From positions 1,696,001-1,760,000 of the forward strand of contig CBDDDZ010000005.1 of NCBI GenBank assembly GCA_965226795.1: a stretch of 64,000 bases of DNA. The letters run 5' to 3'. Each line of letters opens with the position of its first letter. Position 1 is the stretch's first letter. This document shows, in pieces, positions 41,194 through 50,238 of this stretch. The position numbers were made by a program, and so were the translations under genes. Origin of the DNA: Candidatus Latescibacterota bacterium (GTDB lineage Bacteria; Latescibacterota; UBA2968; GCA-2709665). The notes under the pieces were generated by a model that made no database searches, was not told the origin of the DNA, and worked only from the letters and a program-made list of their open reading frames with translations.

Positions 41194-41994
41194 CTATTTC
41201 AACAGCATCATTCGCTTGGACACCAAGAAATCGGCGGCCTGCAGACGATATAGATAGATGCCGCTGGCGACCTGCCGTCCCAATTGGTCCTTGCCATCCC
41301 AGTTTGCAGTATAGTCGCCCGCTTCCGTACGCGCATCCACCAGAACACGAACCTCCTGGCCAAGGAGATTGTAGATGGCCAGCCTGACCTGTCCGGCCTC
41401 CGAAATTTGATACTCGATTGTTGTGGAAGGGTTGAAGGGATTCGGCATATTCTGGCTCAGGGCCGTTCGGTCGGGCAGCGGCTTCAGATTTCCGATTTCT
41501 ATCTGAGTGAGGAGGTCGATGTTTCCATCGATTCCGACCAGTACCCCTTCCGCAATCTGAAAATCCGTTGCGAGCGGGATGTTGGTGGCCTTGAAGACAA
41601 GCTCGACGAGAACCCCGTCGCCGCTGGACCCCTGACCGTCGACTTTCATGGCGCCGATATCCAGTTTGCCGGGTGTCCGGTTGGACGACAGGAAAAGCGT
41701 ATTCTGTTCAGACCTGGCCTTAAGCAGATTGCCGTCGGCCTCCTTGGCTTCAAGAAACTCGTATTTGGCCGGATCGTAGATCAGCGAGAATCCGTATCCC
41801 TTCAGGCTTTTGGCTTCTTCAAGCGAAACGCGCAATTTCAAGACACCCTGGTCTGCATCAGAAGCGTCCGCCCGCTCCAGCATCAGCCGAGCGAAAGAAT
41901 TCTGACCACTTGTAATGGTCAAACCGTCGGTCATTTCACCGGCAGAAACCGACCCTGCCAAAGCAAGTGCCATAAAAACAAGTAACTTACGCAT
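41194..41994 (-). CDS. Secreted protein with a cohesin-like domain and a C-terminal FlgD Ig-like/T9SS-type sorting domain
   Basis: Sec signal MRKLLVFMALALAGSVSA; GYGFSLIYDP...GDGVLVELVF (cohesin-like); QNMPNPFNPSTTI, IYNLLGQEVR, WDGKD..G..VASGIYLY, KRMMLLK. Confidence 0.85.
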   Translation of the reverse strand: MRKLLVFMALALAGSVSAGEMTDGLTITSGQNSFARLMLERADASDADQGVLKLRVSLEEAKSLKGYGFSLIYDPAKYEFLEAKEADGNLLKARSEQNTLFLSSNRTPGKLDIGAMKVDGQGSSGDGVLVELVFKATNIPLATDFQIAEGVLVGIDGNIDLLTQIEIGNLKPLPDRTALSQNMPNPFNPSTTIEYQISEAGQVRLAIYNLLGQEVRVLVDARTEAGDYTANWDGKDQLGRQVASGIYLYRLQAADFLVSKRMMLLK

Positions 41995-42048
41995 AACCGC
42001 CTCCTATCGGAGCCCAAACAAAACGTATGGTGGATATTCCAGTTAGAA

Positions 42049-42077
42049 AATTTACGACTTATGTCGCCCCGTGTCAA
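42049..42077 (-). promoter_or_regulatory. sigma70-type promoter of the FlgD-Ig gene
   Basis: Minus strand TTGACA-17 nt-TAAATT; AGGAGG RBS downstream. Confidence 0.7.
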
Positions 42078-42308
42078 CAGGGAATTACGATGGCAACACT
42101 GTAAAAATACGATATGTATGACGATGGCAATTTACCGCCCCCTGGGCCGCATCCGGCTGGAGGTCTGCGTTGCCGCAGCGGCCGCCGGCATTAACTGTTT
42201 CGCAAACGTTGACGGCTACCTGGATTTCCGGCTTCACGATGGCTGGGCGAGCACTTCGGGCCACGTTGCTACCCTGCCGGAATGGAACCGGGTTTACACG
42301 CCGGGTGC

Positions 42309-43817
42309 TCAGACGTTGAAATAGTCCCGAATCGAATCGACAAGTCCGGTGATACCAATCTCCCGTCCGGCGGCTTGCGCGACAACTGAAAATCCAAGAT
42401 TCCGAGCCGTCTCGGCCGTTGTGGGCCCTATACAAGCGGCGGGAAGCTTCGGTGGCAGATCCGACATTCCAAATTGCTTGAAGAGTTCCGCGCAATATTT
42501 TGCAGCAGATGGACTTGACAAAATCAAAATGTCGACTTCATTTTGCTTCAGACGTGCCCGGACGTCATCTGAAATGCCCGAAGGTTTCACGGTTCGGTAG
42601 ACAATAATCTCCCGCACCTGCGCCCCTTGCGCGCCCAGTGCGTCGGGAATTGTTCGCCGCCCCTTTTCGGCCCGGGGAATCAGCACGCGCAGCCCGGACA
42701 TTTGTATTCGGGCGAACTCCACCGCAAGGTCGTCAGCGGTGTGCCGACACGGGAGCAAATCCACGCGAAGGCCGTAGCTACGTATCCTCTCCGCGGATTT
42801 CTGACCTACCACGGCAATCCGGACGTCCGCCAGCCCACAAAGGTCGCCGTGCAACGTGCGCACCCGCTGGATGAATCGCTCTATAGCGTTGCCGCTTGCA
42901 AATACAAGCCAGTCAAACTGTTCCAACTCTTCAATTGCGGCGTCCACCCGCACCCAATCCGGAGGCTCCGCGATCTCGATGGCTGGGGCCACCAGGACCT
43001 CCGCTCCCAGTCCCATCAACATTCCCCGCAGATCTCCGACGCGATCCCGGCTCCGTGTTATCATGACACGTTTTCCAAAAAGCGGCAGCCGTTCAAACCA
43101 CGGAAAGTCCGACCTGGCGACTTCTCCCACCACGATTGCGGCGGGGCTGGCGGCCTCCACCTCGGCAAGCGTGCCCAGCGTGCATCGGACGGTCTTCTGG
43201 CGTGGCAACGTTCCGTTCTGTACTACCGCTACAGGCGTATCGGACGGACGGCCTGCCCGGATCAATCTCCGGGCGACCTCCCCCCGATTTCGCACTCCCA
43301 TCAACACCACCAGCGTTCCGCCCAGCCGGCCCAGCGCGTGCCAGTCTACTTCCGGCAGGGCATCCAAAGATTCGCTGTGACCCGTTAAAAAGGTCACGTG
43401 CGGAGCGATCGCCCGGTGGGTGACCGGAATACCCGCGTATGCCGGCGCTGCGATCGCGCTTGTAATTCCCGGAATCACTTCAAATGCGACGCCCGCCTGT
43501 TTCAGCGTCGCCATTTCTTCTCCGCCGCGCCCGAATACGAATGGATCCCCACCCTTCAGACGCACCACATTTAGCCCCTTCGCCGCCCTGGCGACCATAA
43601 GGCGGTTGATCCGCTCTTGCTGGCGAGCCTGCGCGCCCGGCTGTTTCCCGACGTCGATCCGTTCACAATGCGACGGTGCTTCGTCCAGCAATACCGGATT
43701 TGCCAAGCTATCGTAGAGTATCACATCCGCTTGCCGGATGCGGCGAAGCGCTTTTATCGTTATCAGCTCGGGATCTCCCGGCCCCGCGCCAACCAGAAAA
43801 ACCGTGCCTTCCGCCAT
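42309..43817 (-). CDS. cobA: Fused uroporphyrinogen-III C-methyltransferase/uroporphyrinogen-III synthase (CobA-HemD)
   Basis: VGAGPGDPELIT, RLKGGDPFVFGRGGEE, GIPVTHR; C-terminal HemD region (LFGKRVMITR, VYRT, CIGPTTA). Confidence 0.93.
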   Translation of the reverse strand: MAEGTVFLVGAGPGDPELITIKALRRIRQADVILYDSLANPVLLDEAPSHCERIDVGKQPGAQARQQERINRLMVARAAKGLNVVRLKGGDPFVFGRGGEEMATLKQAGVAFEVIPGITSAIAAPAYAGIPVTHRAIAPHVTFLTGHSESLDALPEVDWHALGRLGGTLVVLMGVRNRGEVARRLIRAGRPSDTPVAVVQNGTLPRQKTVRCTLGTLAEVEAASPAAIVVGEVARSDFPWFERLPLFGKRVMITRSRDRVGDLRGMLMGLGAEVLVAPAIEIAEPPDWVRVDAAIEELEQFDWLVFASGNAIERFIQRVRTLHGDLCGLADVRIAVVGQKSAERIRSYGLRVDLLPCRHTADDLAVEFARIQMSGLRVLIPRAEKGRRTIPDALGAQGAQVREIIVYRTVKPSGISDDVRARLKQNEVDILILSSPSAAKYCAELFKQFGMSDLPPKLPAACIGPTTAETARNLGFSVVAQAAGREIGITGLVDSIRDYFNV

Positions 43818-43880
43818 GATCGCCCCAAGTAGCCAGGGAACCGGCCGCCCTGCGGTCACATTTGAGAGCCAATTTGCGGC

Positions 43881-44801
43881 CTAAAGGTACTTGTCCAGAA
43901 TCTCCTTCGCTCCCCGCTCGACCAGCAACTCGGAAAGCCTCATGCCGACTTCAATGGATGCTTCGGGATCTCCCGTCGTCCGGGCGCGGACGACCTTGCT
44001 GCCGTCGGGAACGGCCACCAACCCGTCTGCGACGAGATACCCTGCGTGCAACCGCGCCCATGCGCCAATAGGAACCTGGCAGCCTCCTGCGAGGGCATCC
44101 AGCATGACGCGCTCGGCGCTTACTGCAAGATACGTGGAAAAATCGTTTAAACAGCCCACGGCCCGCGCCACCCTGTTGTCGCCCTGCCTGATCTGGATGC
44201 CGAGTGCGCCCTGCCCGGGCGCCGGCAAAAACCGCTCTGCGGGTAGAAATTCGCTCACCCGGTTTTCTAATCCGAGCCGGCGCAGGCCCGCCGCGGCCAG
44301 TACCAGCGCCTCGAATTCTCCTGCGTCCAGTTTCCGTAGCCGGGTATCGACGTTTCCACGAATCCCTGTGATCTTCAGATCGGGTCTGCTGTGCCGCAAC
44401 TGCGCCTGGCGTCTCAGGCTGCCCGTACCAACCACCGCGCCCTCGGGCAGACCTTCCAGTTTATGACCGGCACAGCTTACCAGTGCGTCTCGGACATCGG
44501 CGCGGGGGCTGACGGCCTCAAGTCGCAAACCCTCAGGCGGTCTGGTAGGCAGGTCCTTCAAGGAGTGCACTGCGAGGTCGATTCGGCCATCGAGGAGCGC
44601 CTCCTCGATTTCTCTGATAAAAACGCGCTTGCCGTCAATCCCCGCAACTGGTTCATTCGGTTCACGATCCCCACGGGTTCTGATAACCTCTATACAAACT
44701 TCGAGACCGGAGTACGCGCCCCGCAGCGTATTCCTGGCCCAGGCCGCCTGCCAGAGAGCGAGGGGGCTGCCGCGGCTGCCGATTACAAGACGAGTCAGCA
44801 T
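43881..44801 (-). CDS. hemC: Hydroxymethylbilane synthase
   Basis: GSRGSPLALWQ, AVHSLKD, GTGSLRR, RGNVDTRL, GGCQVP. Confidence 0.97.
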   Translation of the reverse strand: MLTRLVIGSRGSPLALWQAAWARNTLRGAYSGLEVCIEVIRTRGDREPNEPVAGIDGKRVFIREIEEALLDGRIDLAVHSLKDLPTRPPEGLRLEAVSPRADVRDALVSCAGHKLEGLPEGAVVGTGSLRRQAQLRHSRPDLKITGIRGNVDTRLRKLDAGEFEALVLAAAGLRRLGLENRVSEFLPAERFLPAPGQGALGIQIRQGDNRVARAVGCLNDFSTYLAVSAERVMLDALAGGCQVPIGAWARLHAGYLVADGLVAVPDGSKVVRARTTGDPEASIEVGMRLSELLVERGAKEILDKYL

Positions 44802-46120
44802 TTGGTTTGCACCTTCTCTACGGGTGCTTCTTTCGGGGTCGATTTCACCAGTCCGGCCGGGGGCGCATCCAGGTCAAACAGGCGGATCAATGCGTCAACG
44901 TAGTTCAGCGCCTCTCCAGAATCGGCCGCTTCACGCAACCGGACCTGCGGAGCGTGCAACAGCTTGTTCATGTAAAGCCGCAGGAGGCCGGCCACTTTTT
45001 TCTGCTGCCCCTCCGAGAAATCCGACAATCTGGCACGCTCCAGTTCCTCATCGAGGAGTTCCTGAAACCGCTGCCGCATGGCCACAATGGCCGGCACGAC
45101 ATCCAAGGAATTCAGCCACGAAGCAAATTCCCTCACCCCCTCGTCCACAATGTGCCGGACCTTCTCCGCCTCACGTCGCCTTTTCTTCATGTTGGCTCCG
45201 ACGACCGCCTGCAAATCGTCGATATCGTATAAAAAGACGTTGTAGAGTGATCCCGCTTCCGGGTCGATGTCTCTCGGCACTGCAATATCGATGAGGAACA
45301 TGGCGTTGTTCCGGCGCTGCTGCATCGCACGCGCAACCCGAGGCTTCTGCAGAATTGGGTCCGTGGCGCTGGTTGAACTGATCACGATGTCCGCTCGGTG
45401 CAAGCCATCCATCGCGTCCGACCACGACAATGCCTTCCCATTGACACGTCTCGCCAGGTCCCGCGCCCGGCTGAACGTCCGACTGGACACCATCAGTCGA
45501 CCCACCCCGTTATCCACAAGATGTCTGGCGGTCAACTCGCTCATCTCCCCCGCACCCAGAACCAGAGCCGTCCTTTCGTCCAAATTGCCCAGGATCTTCT
45601 TTGCCAGCGCGACGGCCGCAAAACTGACCGAAACCGCGCCATCGGCGATCTCGGTTTCCGTTCGCGCGCGTTTGGAAGCTTCGACGGCCGAACGAAACAA
45701 CCGGTTCAGAATGGCGCCGGTTGTACCCGCTTCCAAGGCGCGGGCGCCCGCACCCTTCACCTGTCCGGCGATCTGCGGCTCGCCCATGATCATCGAATCC
45801 AGGCCCGACGCCACACCAAGCAGATGCCGAACCGCGTCCATGTCGTTGCGTGTGAATGTATATTTGCACAACTCACCGGCGGCGATCCCGCTGATTTCGC
45901 CAAATACGTCAATCGCGCCCATGCGGGCGGCCTCGGGATCGTCCGATACCAGATAGGCCTCGGAACGGTTACACGTTGAGATGAGACTGCACTCGACCAC
46001 GTTATCGAGCGCGTGAATTCGCTCAAGGATGGATCCGTGCTTCTGTTCGGAGACCGCCACACGGTCCCGGACTTCCACCGAAGCCGTTCGGTGGCTCAAC
46101 CCCACCACTACGATAGACAT
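44795..46120 (-). CDS. hemA: Glutamyl-tRNA reductase
   Basis: STCNR, SGLDSMIMGEPQI, GAGEM, IDIAVPRD. Confidence 0.97.
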   Translation of the reverse strand: MSIVVVGLSHRTASVEVRDRVAVSEQKHGSILERIHALDNVVECSLISTCNRSEAYLVSDDPEAARMGAIDVFGEISGIAAGELCKYTFTRNDMDAVRHLLGVASGLDSMIMGEPQIAGQVKGAGARALEAGTTGAILNRLFRSAVEASKRARTETEIADGAVSVSFAAVALAKKILGNLDERTALVLGAGEMSELTARHLVDNGVGRLMVSSRTFSRARDLARRVNGKALSWSDAMDGLHRADIVISSTSATDPILQKPRVARAMQQRRNNAMFLIDIAVPRDIDPEAGSLYNVFLYDIDDLQAVVGANMKKRRREAEKVRHIVDEGVREFASWLNSLDVVPAIVAMRQRFQELLDEELERARLSDFSEGQQKKVAGLLRLYMNKLLHAPQVRLREAADSGEALNYVDALIRLFDLDAPPAGLVKSTPKEAPVEKVQTKC

Positions 46121-46749
46121 GCCCGTACTCTCTTATCGAGCTCGTCCCAACGTTCCCGTCGGACCAGGTCTACGGTCTCCCAGTTCACCAGACGATCCCA
46201 TACGGCCTTTCGTCGTGCGGGACTTTCGGGAAACAGCGCCATCACCCGTGGACGCAACCGGGCCAGATAGTCCACCACGCTTCCATGTTCGCGCCCCAGA
46301 ACATCCTCGAGATGCCGCGTGACCATCCGCGCGTATGCAGGGCTGGCACCGGCGGTTGAAACCGCCACCTGAAACCCGCCGCGACGCAGCGTAGAAGGCA
46401 CGGCAAAATCCCCAAGACCCTTTCCGTCCGAGCGATTGACCGGAATCCCGTTCTGCCCTGCGGCAAGCACCACCTCATCGTTAACGGGGACCCGGTCGGT
46501 CGCAGCGAAAACCAGGGCGGCGCCTGCGACGTCGCTCCCATGAAATTCGCAACGCTTCAGGTGGATACGACCGGCAGCAGCCAAGCCATCCAGCGAATCC
46601 GATACTTCCGGCGCAATCACCGACACGCGCGCACCCGCGGCGAGCAGGCCGCGTACTTTCCGCTCAGCAACGGATCCACCGCCTACGACGACACATTTTT
46701 TGTTCTGTAAATCCAGAAAGATCGGATATTCAAGCCTATGGCCGGCCAT
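46108..46749 (-). CDS. Precorrin-2 dehydrogenase/sirohydrochlorin ferrochelatase (SirC/CysG N-terminal-like)
   Basis: YPIFLDL, VVGGGSVAERK, AATD, VSTAGASP. Confidence 0.9.
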   Translation of the reverse strand: MAGHRLEYPIFLDLQNKKCVVVGGGSVAERKVRGLLAAGARVSVIAPEVSDSLDGLAAAGRIHLKRCEFHGSDVAGAALVFAATDRVPVNDEVVLAAGQNGIPVNRSDGKGLGDFAVPSTLRRGGFQVAVSTAGASPAYARMVTRHLEDVLGREHGSVVDYLARLRPRVMALFPESPARRKAVWDRLVNWETVDLVRRERWDELDKRVRACLS

Positions 46750-46769
46750 ATGTACTCACATACATCAAC

Positions 46770-47596
46770 CTACTGTGCCAGAACGTGTTTTCCGGGAAAC
46801 AGCAATCCCATTACGGGGAATGCGAATACCACGAGAACAAACCCGAGAATTGACATGAATGCCGCCCGCTTTCCCTGCCATCCGGCGATCCGTCGGGCAG
46901 CCAGGTGCCCGGCATAGACAATCCATGTCACCAGCAGCACCCAGAACGCAGGTTCGCTCCAGATCCAAAGCCGGTACATCTTTTGGTGGACCCAAACCGA
47001 ACTTGCCACGATACCCGCCGTCATGAAAACAAAACCGAACGATGCCGCCCGGCTATTGGTCTGGTCGAGTGTATCCAGCGGCGGCAGCGATCGTAGAAAA
47101 AGCCCAGGTGCTTCTTCTGAATCTCCCCCAACAGCATCACGTACATCGTTGCGCTGACACTGGATATGGCAAACGCCGCATAGGCCAGAATGTAGGCGAT
47201 CACGTGGAGTTTGAACCAGCCACCCGTGTGCGCCACTCTTGGCGCTTCTTCTACACCCGTAAGGTTGGAAGCAGCAACAAGGTGCAACACCGCCACAATG
47301 GGTACAACCAGCGCGCCCAGCGACCCGCGACAGGTGCCGAATTCCAGGTACAGAAAGACAATAACAACCAGCCAGGCGCATAAGGACGGCAGCACCTGGC
47401 TGGTCAAAGGAACCTGTCCCGTTGCAAGAGCCATTCTGGCCAGCAACGTACTATGCAGCACCCAGCCCGCAATGAGACCCCAAAAACCAAGGGAGCCCCC
47501 GAGGGCCTGCTTTCGTATAAAATGGGCGGCGTACGCACACGCGCTGACGACGTAGGCCACGCCCGTACTCATCACTAGCAGATTGTGCATGCCCAT
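46770..47596 (-). pseudogene. Cytochrome c assembly protein CcsA/HemX-like, 1-nt frameshift near 47090 (real or sequencing error)
   Basis: N-half (..WFKLHV..KKHLGFFYDR) and C-half (LPPLDTLD..GWQGKRAA..H) lie in different frames; the span is 827 nt, one short of 276 codons. Confidence 0.75.
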
Positions 47597-47745
47597 AACA
47601 TCGGTCCCCGACGTGTCACGGCCCGTGAAAATGAACTCTGACCCTCACGCCGTCAGGGCCAATGACGGCGCTTCCCCACATCCGGCACCGGTGATCCGGT
47701 TACTTCTCCCTGAACCCCCGAGAAGGTCGATGCAGTCCATTTAAC

Positions 47746-48945
47746 TTACACAAACCCATCCGTCGAATCAATCGAAATCCCACATCTTCTACCCGGCGCA
47801 ACCACGCCAAGTACCACGGGTTTGGAGGCGCCCGTCGCGCCGGGCAGATTCCCGGGTCGGCCTTCCACCGTAGCATTGGCCAGCACCGCAAAAGCAATCG
47901 CTTCTTTTGCATCAGACGGCACGCCAAGCGCATCCGTCTGACAGATGTCCAAACCCGGGAGCGCACCGCGCAGCATATCCATTATAACCGCATTTCGACC
48001 GCCGCCGCCACTGACTGCCATTCTACCGATAGGACTGACGGGCAGGACAAACCGTTTCAACGCATCCGCAATACTTCGTGCCGTAAACGCGGTTGCGGTG
48101 GCGATCAGGTCTTCATCCGGTACGCGGCCGCGCCGGGCCAGGATGTTCCGAACCAGTGATGCGCCGAACGTCTCCCTTCCGGTCGACTTGGGCGGCACCC
48201 TCTTCAGAAAGGGATGGCGCATCATTTCCGCCAAAAGGGAATCGGACACTTCGCCGGAAGCCGCGAACGCGCCACCCGCGTCGTACGCCAGGCGTCCTCC
48301 CGTCAGGACCCACGTCAGTGCGTCCAGCATCATGTTTCCGGGACCCGTATCAAATGCCATGACATCTTCCGGCCCGCACCCGGTGGGCAACACGGTAACG
48401 TTTGAAATTCCGCCGATATTCAACAACACGCGCCCCTCCCGCCTGGACCGGAATAGCAGATAGTCCACTAACGGGACCAGCGGCGCCCCCTGTCCGCCGA
48501 CCGCCAGGTCCCGCGCCCTAAAGTCCGCGACCGTGGTGACTCCGGTGCGCTCGGCGATCACACACGGGTCGGCGATTTGCAATGAGGATCGCGTTACCAC
48601 CCCGAACGTGCTGTGGGCTTCCGGCAGGTGGTGTACCGTCTGTCCGTGCGACCCGATGAGATCCACGTTGGACATCTCGACGCCGGCCTTACGACACACG
48701 TTGAAAGCGGCCCTGGCAAACCACTCCCCGAGAATGACATGCAGCCTGCATATCTTGGCCACATTGCCACCCTCGGCTTCCGATACCTCAAGGATCTCCT
48801 GCCGCAATTCCGGAGGGTACGGCAATTCGGTAAACGCGACCAGCCGAACCCTGGTTTCCGCAAGCCCGACCTCGACGAGAGCCGCATCAACGCCGTCCGC
48901 AGACGTACCCGACATCAGGCCGATCACCCTGCGAAACGTGCTCAC
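47746..48945 (-). CDS. anmK: Anhydro-N-acetylmuramic acid kinase
   Basis: GLMSGTSADGVD, GSHGQT, GGQGAPLVP, LNIGGISN, FDTGPGN, PPKSTGRE. Confidence 0.95.
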   Translation of the reverse strand: MSTFRRVIGLMSGTSADGVDAALVEVGLAETRVRLVAFTELPYPPELRQEILEVSEAEGGNVAKICRLHVILGEWFARAAFNVCRKAGVEMSNVDLIGSHGQTVHHLPEAHSTFGVVTRSSLQIADPCVIAERTGVTTVADFRARDLAVGGQGAPLVPLVDYLLFRSRREGRVLLNIGGISNVTVLPTGCGPEDVMAFDTGPGNMMLDALTWVLTGGRLAYDAGGAFAASGEVSDSLLAEMMRHPFLKRVPPKSTGRETFGASLVRNILARRGRVPDEDLIATATAFTARSIADALKRFVLPVSPIGRMAVSGGGGRNAVIMDMLRGALPGLDICQTDALGVPSDAKEAIAFAVLANATVEGRPGNLPGATGASKPVVLGVVAPGRRCGISIDSTDGFV

Positions 48946-49182
48946 ACAACACCCCCCGCTTTTCATTGGTGTCGCCCGAATGCATTGACATCCATCCGGT
49001 CGTGACGTCTCTGGGAACAATACGATAGACGGTGCCGACCTCGCGGTTTCTTTCAAAAACGGAACGGCGGCCGTCATCGCAGTTCTTCAAGCACCTTGAA
49101 CGATGTTTCCGTCGGCGGGAACGAAAGGCGATTCCCATCGACTCTGCGCGGATGATACCCCTTCCGATACCGCATTATCCGT

Positions 49183-50238
49183 TCAACGCCGGCGCCCGCG
49201 GCGATAGACGTCCGATGCCTTACTTACTCCCGTCACGAAATATTGGAAACCGATCACACCACGGTACAGGTTCCGGACGATCTCCGCGTCCTTGACCATG
49301 CGCACCCGTTGCGCGTCTCTTCGTCGACGGAGTATCGCCATCGGATGAAGCATCACCCAGCACAGGCCGCACAGCGCCGCCGCCGGTCGCTTCCAGTCGC
49401 ACTTCGCCATTCCGAGCAGCACGGTCCCCAGTTCCATCAGGACCCGCGCCGGAAACACCCAGGCCAGCGAGAGAGCGGACAGGTTCTTCAACATCATTAC
49501 CAGTTGATTACGATGGTTCAGATACGCCTTCCGGAAACCCCCCGCATCCAGGGTCCAGCCCCCATAGTGATAGACCATGGACTCCGGAACCGAAATCACC
49601 CGGTACCCTACGAGATGGAAACGCCAGCAAAGGTCGATTTCCTCCATGTGCATATAAAACGCTTCGTCCATGAGTCCGGTTTCCCGCAGGCATCGTATGC
49701 GCAGGAACATCGCGCCACCTACCGCCCAGAATATTTCTCGAGAACGATCGTACTGGCCTCGATCGACCTCGACCGTTTCAAACAACCGGCCCAGACAGAA
49801 GGTGTATCCAAGCATGTCCATCATCCCGCCCGCCGCGCCTCCGTAGTCGAATTTCTCGCGTTGACGTAGTGACCTCACCTTGGGCTGGCAAACGCCTACC
49901 CGCGGGTCGGCTTCCATTGCGGCCACCAGCGGCGGCAACCAGTTTTCGGCGACTTCGACGTCGTTATTCAACAACATCGCATATTCCCCGCGCGCGACCT
50001 CCAGCCCCCGGTTACATCCAGCCCCCATACCCTTCCCGCCACCAACGTCCACGACCCGAATCCCGGGAAACCGCGCCTCCGCTCGCTGCAAGCTACCGTC
50101 GTCATACGGCCTGTCGTCGGCGACGATCACCTCAAACGGCACGCCGGTTGTTCTCTCGTAGAGGAAATCCAGACACCCGAGGAGAACATCCCCCAGGAAA
50201 TGCGGCACAATCACAGACACCAGGGGCTCAGGGGCCAT
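49183..50238 (-). CDS. Glycosyltransferase family 2
   Basis: VSVIVP, LLNNDVEV, FDYGGAAGG, FYMHMEEIDLCWR; overlaps the upstream stop. Confidence 0.9.
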   Translation of the reverse strand: MAPEPLVSVIVPHFLGDVLLGCLDFLYERTTGVPFEVIVADDRPYDDGSLQRAEARFPGIRVVDVGGGKGMGAGCNRGLEVARGEYAMLLNNDVEVAENWLPPLVAAMEADPRVGVCQPKVRSLRQREKFDYGGAAGGMMDMLGYTFCLGRLFETVEVDRGQYDRSREIFWAVGGAMFLRIRCLRETGLMDEAFYMHMEEIDLCWRFHLVGYRVISVPESMVYHYGGWTLDAGGFRKAYLNHRNQLVMMLKNLSALSLAWVFPARVLMELGTVLLGMAKCDWKRPAAALCGLCWVMLHPMAILRRRRDAQRVRMVKDAEIVRNLYRGVIGFQYFVTGVSKASDVYRRGRRR

